A DNA stretch of 40,495 nt from an uncultured Methanosarcinaceae archaeon. Its GTDB lineage: Archaea; Halobacteriota; Methanosarcinia; Methanosarcinales; Methanosarcinaceae. The stretch spans positions 1 to 40,495 of the forward strand of contig CAVRJG010000071.1 in the NCBI GenBank assembly GCA_963721455.1. The letters are read 5' to 3'. The notes under the pieces were generated by a model that saw nothing but the letters and a program-made list of their open reading frames with translations, was not told where the DNA came from and ran no database searches. Numbering within the stretch: position 1 is the stretch's first letter; every line of letters begins with the position of its first letter. A program made the translations under genes and the position numbers. Positions 32,419-40,495 of this stretch are shown piece by piece.

Positions 32419-32724
32419 TCAGGCTTTTTTATTGAACACTTTCCCAAGACCTAAACTGATTGTCAGTACTGTAAGTGTTCCCACTGCAATCGCCAGGACT
32501 TCTCCGCTCTTCCCCAAGCCTTCAATTGAATAGTCAGGCATTGGGGACCCAACTACTGGTTCAGATTCTTCAATTTGGGCCATTTTCGATTCTTCAACTA
32601 TCCCTCCAGCAGCACTTTCAAGCCCGTCGGGGTCTGGAGATGCAAGGAAGGGGGCTAGAACCGCGAGCAAAAGCGCAATCACAATTCCAGCGTAAAAGAA
32701 TTTCATGTTTGATTTTCCACTCAT
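32419..32724 (-). CDS. PDGLE-domain Co/Ni ECF transporter subunit (CbiN/NikN-like)
   Basis: ASPDPDGLE and PMPDY motifs; start overlaps the cbiM stop. Confidence 0.9.
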   Translation of the reverse strand: MSGKSNMKFFYAGIVIALLLAVLAPFLASPDPDGLESAAGGIVEESKMAQIEESEPVVGSPMPDYSIEGLGKSGEVLAIAVGTLTVLTISLGLGKVFNKKA

Positions 32725-33386
32725 GCATGTGTCTCCTTTTTAATCCGGTCTGATCTGGTAGTAAAACTATCTTCAAGAAGGTCAGGGCGGGATTTTGCAA
32801 TTGCTGTGATTACAACTGCAGTGATCAGCCCTTCTCCGATAAAACCAATTATCAGGTGATAGGTTCCCATTGTAATAAGTCCCGGAACCAGGGGGAAGGT
32901 GCCAGCAAGCCACATCTGGACAGCACAGGCAATTGCCGAGGTAAAGAGCCCGAGCCAGGCGCCTCCGAAGGCTGCAGTGCTTGTGCCTGCGCTCTTGCGA
33001 AGGGCAACATAGGTATAATATCCGACAAACCCGGAAATGATCCCCATATTCAGAATATTTGCTCCCATGGTAGTGACCCCACCGTCACCAAAGGCGAACC
33101 CCTGCACAATCAGGACTAAAGTAAGCACAAGGACTCCAGCCCAGGGGCTTCCGAAGACGATAGCAACAAGGGTTGCTCCTACCATGTGCCCGCTTGTCCC
33201 CATCCCTATGGGAATGTTCATGGCCTGGATTGCAAAGATTCCTGCTGCGAGGGCGGCAAGAATCGGTACTTTCATTTCATCAAGCTCGTTCTTTGCCCAT
33301 TTCATTGACATTATAATAAACGGAAGGGCGATTACCCAATAGACGATTGCCTGGGTTAACGGTATAAAAGAATCAGGTATATGCAT
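32721..33386 (-). CDS. cbiM: Co/Ni ECF transporter substrate-binding component CbiM/NikM
   Basis: N-terminal MHIPD, GTSGH and GDGG.T..GAN..NM motifs. Confidence 0.92.
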   Translation of the reverse strand: MHIPDSFIPLTQAIVYWVIALPFIIMSMKWAKNELDEMKVPILAALAAGIFAIQAMNIPIGMGTSGHMVGATLVAIVFGSPWAGVLVLTLVLIVQGFAFGDGGVTTMGANILNMGIISGFVGYYTYVALRKSAGTSTAAFGGAWLGLFTSAIACAVQMWLAGTFPLVPGLITMGTYHLIIGFIGEGLITAVVITAIAKSRPDLLEDSFTTRSDRIKKETHA

Positions 33387-33851
33387 TTTTGTTTTCCTCT
33401 TTTTACACCTTATTTTTTATTTTTCCCGTTTTTACTGTGAACATTCCAGTCAATAGATTTTTCAGAACATTCATCATAAAGGATAAAACACTAAATGAAA
33501 TCCAAATTTACGGAGTGTTTTCATGTGAATGAAAGACCGTTTATTAATCTATTATAACTGTTATCGCTATTCATTTCGGTATGAATTGTTGAAAGATTTC
33601 TGATCTACTCTTAGATAATTCAGTATTACATATATACATTTTGGTATTACTTTTTTCTACAATTTTTTTTATTGAAACCTTCTTCAGTATCTGTATTTTT
33701 ATTTTTTAGTCGAATTAAGGAACGACGGAAATATAATTTCAAGTATTTCTGTTACCGATATTGTTTTTGATGGTTATTTGGGGAAATGGAATTATACGGC
33801 CATTTCCAAAGTGAAAACTTGAAGTTATTACATAGGGAGCGCGGAGGGTCA

Positions 33852-34006
33852 CGAATACCCCGTCCTTTACAGGCTGTCTGACAATTACCATCAGTGATAT
33901 CAAAAATCATTCTTTTTCGATTTAAAGGCTTTATATGTCTCTTTTTATATATTTTTGCCCTGAAATTGAATTGTCGGACAGCCTCTTTAGGGTGGGGTGG
34001 CCGCAC
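33852..34006. mobile_element. IS200/IS605-type end hairpin remnant, split by MITE E
   Basis: The empty site reads GAATACCCCGTCC-TTTA-GGGTGGGGTGGCCGCAC, a GC stem with a TTTA loop typical of IS605 subterminal hairpins. Confidence 0.6.
33870..33985. mobile_element. MITE E (116 bp) with 4-bp TSD
   Basis: TIRs CAGGCTGTCTGACAATT (33870-33886) and AATTGTCGGACAGCCTC (33969-33985), 15/17 match. TTTA duplicated at 33866-33869 and 33986-33989. Confidence 0.85.
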
Positions 34007-34061
34007 GCAATTTGATTTTTTAACCATTCCTAAAATAAATGAATAAAATAAGTTACGCTTT

Positions 34062-34295
34062 TTAGGAGGGGACCCCAATGTAAATTCTATGAAGTTCCTT
34101 GGCGACATCCTCAGCGCTATTGTATTTCTTGTCTGGAAGCATGCCAAGTTCCCGCAGTATGTCCGGGATTGCTCCACTATTTCTTGCTTGCTCAATAATG
34201 TCGTTCCTTTTTACAGGAAAATCTATATTTTTGAATATCTCCTGAGTTTCCATAGGAAGTTCTGTAATAAATCCGCCTTTAATCTCAGTTTCCAT
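34062..34295 (-). CDS. DUF2795-family small protein
   Basis: IDFPVKRNDIIEQAR..GA...IL..L..LPDKKYNSAEDV pattern. Confidence 0.85.
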   Translation of the reverse strand: METEIKGGFITELPMETQEIFKNIDFPVKRNDIIEQARNSGAIPDILRELGMLPDKKYNSAEDVAKELHRIYIGVPS

Positions 34296-34307
34296 GATAT
34301 TTCCCCT

Positions 34308-34490
34308 TTACTTTTGTCTATTTTCTTTAAATTCCTTGGCGACATCTGCATCGTTTGTATACTCCTTTTCCAGAGATTATTTATATTCCGCAGAATGTCG
34401 TCCCTAGCGTTATTATCCTTAGCGCTTAACAATATCTTCTTCTTTGCAGGAAAATCGATACTTTTTAAAGCTTTCTGAAGGAAGCCTAAC
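34308..34490 (-). pseudogene. Frameshifted DUF2795 paralog (5' end approximate)
   Basis: QKALKSIDFPAK/EDIVK/AKDNNARDDILRNINNL/EKEYTNDADVAKEFKENRQK* is spread over several frames. Confidence 0.72.
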
Positions 34491-35021
34491 TTTTTTGTTA
34501 GTATGAATATCAATGATGATTTACTATTTAAATGTTAACACGTTCCTATAAAAATATGTTAAATATTGACATGTTTTAGTAATTTAGTATTAATATATAA
34601 TATATACTGATAATATTCTACGATAAAATTAACAAAAAAGAAGTATCCTTTTCAAATTCAAGGCAGATTTTTCCAACCAGAAAAATATGCAACAATTTTA
34701 TCCTACAGTTGTGAAGTTGAATACGTCTCTTAAGCATGTTTTTCAGATTTGGTACAATTTTTAAATTTTCCGCAAATATGTGAAATTTACTTTTTCCCAT
34801 ACAATTTGAAGACGATACGAACAATTATTATAATAACATATGCAAGATGACCAATGAATTAAATTTTAATTAATGGCCCTTGCAATGGAATATTCTGATT
34901 TTACGCATATTAGTGAGAGAATCAAGTATAATCAATACGTCATAAATATTGAAATAAGTTTGATGCTTTAGGCGCTGGTTTGTTATTTCAATCACATAAG
35001 TCCTATTTGGGTTAAATTAAG

Positions 35022-35387
35022 CTAATTTGGCTCAGCAATTTTTCTTATTACGTCCAGCATCCCATCAGGTTCAAAAGGTTTTACTATAAAACCCATAGCG
35101 CCTATTTTCATTGATTCTGTTATCAGGGCCTGCTGCCCAAGAGAAGAGCACATTACCACTTTTGCCTCCGGGTCCATAAAAAGAAGTCTTTGCAATGCCT
35201 CTTTTCCATCCATATCTGGCATAATTATATCCATTAACACAATATCCGGTTTTACTTCCAGATACGTTTGAATTGCCTCTTCCCCATCACCCACTTCAGC
35301 AACTACTTCATGTCCGTGCTTTAAGAGAGTGTTTTTGATCACCATTCGCATAAATTCGGCATCATCCACGATCATAACTCTTGCCAT
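35022..35387 (-). CDS. cheY: CheY-type single-domain response regulator
   Basis: IVDDAEFMR, PDIVLMDIIMPDMDG, MCSSLGQ and FIVKPF motifs. Confidence 0.9.
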   Translation of the reverse strand: MARVMIVDDAEFMRMVIKNTLLKHGHEVVAEVGDGEEAIQTYLEVKPDIVLMDIIMPDMDGKEALQRLLFMDPEAKVVMCSSLGQQALITESMKIGAMGFIVKPFEPDGMLDVIRKIAEPN

Positions 35388-35656
35388 TTATTTTCCTCCA
35401 TTTTATTTTTATTGAGTGAATTATAATATTGAGCCTATCCTGAAACTCAATATTAGCCTTTTCATATCTGGTATTTTGAATAATCAATCGAGTTTCTGAT
35501 AATGAAAACAATCCTGAAAATTTTAATAATTGAGACTTAAATGGCTTTTGGGATGGTCTCATTATATGAGTTTCACTCATACTTTCTCATGTTTCTTTGG
35601 TTCTCGTTCTGACATTTTTTCCAGTTTCTGATGTTCAAGCCTTTCAAGGAAATTTT

Positions 35657-36697
35657 TCAATTTATCTCACTCTCAGAGCGCTGGTTACCATCAATCCTGT
35701 CATACAGTTCTTCCAAATCCTTATGCAACCTGTTAACTTCCTTCTTCCAGAGTTTTTTATCAGATTCTGGACAGGGGCCCATTTTCAAAGCTGCGATCTT
35801 CGCATAGTTCCTGGAAACTTTTCTGTTACTCCAGGAAAGGCCGAAAGCCAGATCGGTTTTTTTGATGCTGTATTTTTCGTGGATCAGGAATTCATAAAGT
35901 TCAGGAACCTGCTCCAGCTTTTTTTCGGAACTTTCGGGAAAGTTTGGGACAAGGTCAACCAGATTCCGGAGACGGGACTGGACACCACAACTTTCGGGGC
36001 ACAGTTTCTCCGAGTTTGCAAAATTAAGCATCTCTCTAAATTCAAGGAAAATATCCGTCTGCTCGAAACCTGAGGGTAGAGTTTTTCCGAGGAAGATAAG
36101 GACATGGATGCACTCGTGAAAGAGGATTTTTGCTATCAGGAACTCAATTCTATCCTGAAGGTTCCATAACCTTTCGACCAGTTCCCTTTCCCATAACTCA
36201 TAGGGATTTACCAGGACAAGGGACCTGTAGATTATTTTCTTGTCTTTTCTGGAAATGATCCTCTTTGGCTCGAAGGCTAACCCCTGCATCATTCCAAAAA
36301 ATTGCACTCGGACCGCCAGATCCCAGCATTGTTCCCATTCTCCGGAACGCACACATTTTACCCGATAATATTTTCCGTCAAAGTGAACCCTTTTTATTAG
36401 TCGGTACAGATCCTCGCTTTGTTCTTTGATGAGAGCTTTTATCACGGATTCCCGGTAAATGTTCAGATCAAGATAGAGAAGCCCTTGAGGAAAAAACGAG
36501 CAGTCAGGGGCAGGATAAGAAACTGGATAAGTAAAAGGAGAGGAGTATTGGACAATAGGAGGGACTGGTGAAGATGCAGGCAATAACTTGCCCCACGCCC
36601 CATCTACCAGCAAACTGTTTTTTTCCTTTGGCGAAACTTTTTTTGTTCTTATTCCCTGCATCATAAATCTGTCCCTCATGATCTCCGTTTTCCCCAC
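35657..36697 (-). CDS. Hypothetical protein with an HExxH motif
   Basis: 346-aa ORF containing ILFHECIHVL; start uncertain. Confidence 0.7.
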   Translation of the reverse strand: MGKTEIMRDRFMMQGIRTKKVSPKEKNSLLVDGAWGKLLPASSPVPPIVQYSSPFTYPVSYPAPDCSFFPQGLLYLDLNIYRESVIKALIKEQSEDLYRLIKRVHFDGKYYRVKCVRSGEWEQCWDLAVRVQFFGMMQGLAFEPKRIISRKDKKIIYRSLVLVNPYELWERELVERLWNLQDRIEFLIAKILFHECIHVLIFLGKTLPSGFEQTDIFLEFREMLNFANSEKLCPESCGVQSRLRNLVDLVPNFPESSEKKLEQVPELYEFLIHEKYSIKKTDLAFGLSWSNRKVSRNYAKIAALKMGPCPESDKKLWKKEVNRLHKDLEELYDRIDGNQRSESEIN

Positions 36698-37078
36698 ATT
36701 ATGGAGTATATTTGTAATACGAAATTATATTTTAGTATTAATTTATAGTAAAATGTCACAAATAATAAATACTTTATCCTACAAAAATAAAAATTCGTAT
36801 TAATAATCCAGAGGGTACAAAGAAACTGAGATCCTTTGAAAAAATAAATAAATGCAAATAATTTATGTGAGAACTATGATCTAACTTATCTCTCAACCCG
36901 AACCGCAGGAAAGTCCCTGTGGTTCTCTTCCTTACGTCTTTCTTCAGATAAAAATTTCTCAATACTTTTTTGCAGATTTTACAATACTTTATGTTCTCTT
37001 TTATCACTCAAACTGCTATAACGCTCTAAAATCCTCTGAGCTCGGAAAAAAGGAAAAATTGGAGTTTAATTCTCAAAA

Positions 37079-37095
37079 TGACTTTCCGCAGGTTT
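37079..37095. repeat. Solo IS1634-like TIR remnant
   Basis: TGACTTTCCGCAG matches 13 nt of the MITE D left TIR; no partner seen. Confidence 0.45.
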
Positions 37096-37680
37096 CATTG
37101 GAATATTCAGATCTTACTGGAACCAGTTATTCATCCAATTTAACGATGTTAAATTATATTTTGTTGCTATTTCTATGAAATAATTTATTAGTTTTGTATG
37201 CAATTAATGACTAATAGGAAATAATTTATCTTAAGAAAACTAACATAAATATGAACCAAAAGCTAAGAAAACACTTTCTGGCTTTGAAAACAAGGAAAGG
37301 AATAAAATATGCCTGAGGAAATTGCGAGAACAAAAATCATTGGGTTAAAAAATACGCGCATACAAAGCTTGAAAATAAAGGGTATGAAGCCAAAATCTTT
37401 CGTCATAAAGAATCTGATCTTAAAGAATATTACCTTCCATCGAGTCAAATCCTAACAATGCATGAAAATTGATTTTAAATTTACATCAAATTTGCAACAC
37501 TGCCTGAAAAAAGCTCTAAAACTCCAACCTTTTGAAAATGGGAGGTGTTTACCAACCCAATTGAAAAAAGGATACAAAACGAAAGCCTTCTACAAATAGA
37601 ACTAAGAAAAACTGAAAAAACTTATGCAAAATAAGGGCAGGTAAGGGGCTCTCTTTATAAGATTTCTTGGAGGAATTTTT

Positions 37681-38433
37681 ATAGACTGCAAGAAAGTTAT
37701 TGCCAATTACTGGAATATAAGGTCTTCCACGTACACAAACGGGGTAAATGGCTTTGATGAAGAAGAACGCGCTGTCTGGAAACAAATTTTTGAAAATTCT
37801 CTATCTTCCTGTGAGCGTTTAAATGTACTGGATGTGGGCACAGGTGCTGGTTTTCTCGCCCTACTCTTTGCTGAGATGGGGCATAAGGTAACAGGCATCG
37901 ATCTTTCCGAAGGCATGCTCGAGAGAGCAAAGCATAACGCACAGAATATGGGCCTTGAGATTGATTTTTTCCATGGGGACGCGGAAAATCTGCCTTTTGA
38001 AGATGGTTCTTTCGATCTGGTCACGAACAAATTCCTGCTCTGGACTCTCCAGCAGCCTGCCTGTGCTGTCCGGGAATGGAAGAGGGTCCTTAAACCGGGA
38101 GGCAGGATTTTTGCCATAGATGGAGATTGGTTTGATCCCCGACCAAGCAGACGCTTCAAAAGAATGCTTATCGAGTGGACAGAAAGGTTTGTGAAAAAGA
38201 ACCAGAACACTTCGATCTTCAAGGACTATTATGGGCCAATCCGGAGTTCTCTGCCTCTCTATGAGGAAATAAGTCCGGAAAATGCTTCTCTCCTCTTTTC
38301 TGAAACCGGATTTGTGAACACTGCAGTCAATCCTCTTCTGGAGGTTCAGAAATTTAAACAAAATAGGCAATCATTCCCGCAGAGGCTTCTGGGGAATAAC
38401 TCTATTTTTCTGATTTCGGGACAGAAAAAGTAA
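37681..38433 (+). CDS. Class I SAM-dependent methyltransferase with ATA at the expected start (possible pseudogene)
   Basis: GGAGG (37669-37673), then ATA-GAC-TGC open frame (.DCKKVIANYW..RS..Y), VLDVGTGAG, GDAENLPFEDGSFD and RVLKPGG. Confidence 0.8.
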   Translation: MDCKKVIANYWNIRSSTYTNGVNGFDEEERAVWKQIFENSLSSCERLNVLDVGTGAGFLALLFAEMGHKVTGIDLSEGMLERAKHNAQNMGLEIDFFHGDAENLPFEDGSFDLVTNKFLLWTLQQPACAVREWKRVLKPGGRIFAIDGDWFDPRPSRRFKRMLIEWTERFVKKNQNTSIFKDYYGPIRSSLPLYEEISPENASLLFSETGFVNTAVNPLLEVQKFKQNRQSFPQRLLGNNSIFLISGQKK

Positions 38434-38733
38434 GGATAAGTCCCTTTGGTCCCGGCCTTTGTTGAGTCGGATTCTCTCCGAAAATGCCGCAACATTTTTA
38501 TTTCCTCACCGTTAACAATTATCTTTTTTTCTTTTTCACATGATATTGACGGTTTTTACTAAGTTTTCTTACGTTTTTCACTTAATTTTTTATGCCTTAG
38601 CTACGATACTTTTCAGTAGTCTTACATTTTTAAAAAAATACAAAACTTTAAATATGAGCCCCAAACTAAAATTAAACTCATGTTATTATAAATATAACTT
38701 TATTATAACTGTGCAGAAAGGGGACATAACGGC

Positions 38734-39621
38734 ATGAATAATATACAGATTGCTGAAAGCAATAATTTTCCAACTCTGTTTCAGAGATATGAACTACAGC
38801 TATACAGCATACGATCGCGTATGTTGCATTTTTACGATAATGTTAAAGATCGTGATTTAAGTACAACATCAGAAGCGAATCTGACCGAGCTCTATGGAGT
38901 CTTTTCCGAACTTGATGAGCTCGGGCATTTGGACGTTGACAACGAAATGTGTGAGTTAATTCTTCAAGACCCGGTAATTCAGTCCTTACTACCTGCAATC
39001 CATACCAGTTACAACAATTTTTTCAGCCTGCATGAGATGCAGCTTGCCCGAAATATTCTGGGCAATGAGAACCCCTAGGGAATGCTGAAATCTTTTCCCC
39101 TGTATCCGAGATATGAAAATCTGATCAATGTTCATATCCAGAACTCCCCCAAAAACAAAGTGCTGGCTTTCATAGGCTGCGGCCCCCTTCCTGTAACTTT
39201 ATTGCTTTTCAGTAAAATATACGGCATCTGCTGCATCGGCATAGATCAGGATCCCGAAGCAGTGGCTCTGGCAAAAAGCTGTGTAAAGCATTTTGGCCTT
39301 GAAAAAGAAATCAGTATTATCGAGGGGGATGAAAACGTACTTTCAAAAATGGAATGGGACTCTGTGCTTATAGCAGGTCTTGCTGAACCGAAAACACGAA
39401 TCTTCCAGAACCTCCATTCGATTATAAAAAATAGGAAGTCAGAGCCTGAAAAACCCACATCAGTGTGCTACCGTAACTATAGCGGTATGAGGCAGTTGCT
39501 CTACTGGCCAGTCCAGCCGGAACAGACCACGGGTTTTCGAAAAATAACCGAAATATATCCCTCTGGAAAGGTAAACAACACTTTGGTCTTCCTGGAGTGT
39601 GAATTACATTCTAAAAATTGA
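38734..39621 (+). CDS. Nicotianamine synthase-like protein 1 with an in-frame TAG at 39076-39078
   Basis: ORFs 38734-39078 and 39082-39621 share one frame. NP*GMLKSFPLYPRY, FIGCGPLP.T, LAEPK and VNNT are colinear with the downstream paralog. Confidence 0.82.
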
Positions 39622-40420
39622 GGTTACATCCGTAATTATCGAGCTTCAACAGATTCATTCTCTTATAAGGAACGTTGGAGAGGAGGATATTCTGGGGAGT
39701 CCCTCAATAGAACTGCATGCCGTATTTAAAAGGCTGGATGAACTCGCAGCCCTGGATGTAGGTGAAGTGTCCACAGAGATGATCCTTAAAAGTCCGGAAT
39801 TTGACTCCTTGCTGATTTCAATTTCTAACTTTCGGTTTTTATACAATCTGAAGCTTGAAATCGATAACGCAAAAAGCCTTCTTGAAAGCTCGAATCCATG
39901 GGAAACCCTTCAAAATTTTACTTTTTATCCTAACTATCTCCAACTTGCCAGGACAGAATATACAGGCTCCGGCCTGAAACCCAAAGACTGTGTTCTTTTT
40001 CTTGGCAGCGGCCCTCTCCCCCTGAGTCTGATAGTGCTCTGCCGCGAATGCGGCCTTTTAGGAATCGGAATTGAGCAGGATGAAAAAAGGGCAAGCCTCT
40101 CTCGGGAGGTAATTGCCCGCCTCGGTCTTTCCGAAAGCATCAAGATAATAGAAGGAAACCACTTCACCCTGCCCCTTAAAATCAGCTGTGACCTTTACAT
40201 GGTCGCTGCCCAGGCCGAACCCAAAAAAGAGATCTTTGAGCACTTAGTAAAAGTCCTTCCCGAGGGAAGTAAAGTCTCCTACCGCCTCTATGAAATGGGC
40301 CTTCGGAGAGTTTTGGATGGTAGTTCCCTCTTCGAACTACCTGCCGGATTTGAAGAATATCTCAGGGTTCAGCCGGAACCCCCAGTTAATAATACGGTTG
40401 TATTTCTGAATAAAAAATAA
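39599..40420 (+). CDS. Nicotianamine synthase-like protein 2
   Basis: F.FYPNYLQLARTE, FLGSGPLPLS, AAQAEPK and PPVNNTV motifs. Confidence 0.88.
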   Translation: MNYILKIEVTSVIIELQQIHSLIRNVGEEDILGSPSIELHAVFKRLDELAALDVGEVSTEMILKSPEFDSLLISISNFRFLYNLKLEIDNAKSLLESSNPWETLQNFTFYPNYLQLARTEYTGSGLKPKDCVLFLGSGPLPLSLIVLCRECGLLGIGIEQDEKRASLSREVIARLGLSESIKIIEGNHFTLPLKISCDLYMVAAQAEPKKEIFEHLVKVLPEGSKVSYRLYEMGLRRVLDGSSLFELPAGFEEYLRVQPEPPVNNTVVFLNKK

Positions 40421-40495
40421 AAACCTCTGGAGATCTGCAAAACGTGGGTTTCAAAAACTATATCGCTCAGGCCTCTTTTCAGGCAGCAGATCTAT

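Noticed and set aside
33752-34195. 147-aa ORF
   Set aside because: It is out of frame with the DUF2795 gene and runs through MITE E, so it is likely spurious.
37310-37635. Possible gene relic upstream of the methyltransferase
   Set aside because: The composition is coding-like, but no family motif was recognisable. BLASTX would be needed.

Overview
This 40.5-kb window is chromosomal DNA from a methanogenic archaeon, almost certainly Methanosarcina. The core genes are the MCR-activation/methanogenesis-marker operon (atwA-mmp3-mmp6-mmp5-mmp15-mmp17-mmp7), fen, beta-RFAP synthase, gpmI, an acetate channel, purH, nth, cbiM/PDGLE and cheY. The intergenic DNA is full of small mobile elements. (1) An ORF-less group II intron (27080-27830, minus strand) sits inside the terminal inverted repeat (TIR) of an IS1634-like MITE that still has its 6-bp target-site duplication (TSD). 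The intron's EBS1/EBS2 match the TIR itself. (2) Four more MITEs with distinct TIRs are present, one nested in an IS200/IS605-type hairpin. (3) A decayed tyrosine-integrase island carries three same-orientation copies of one gene 3' end (VQxLxNQKAIEAPG...KFW*) that share a sharp 5' boundary, suggesting serial integration into a coding sequence. At the right end is a methyltransferase plus tandem nicotianamine-synthase-like cluster, with an in-frame amber codon and an ATA in place of a start codon. Several accessory genes are pseudogenised. All calls come from reading the sequence; no searches were run.
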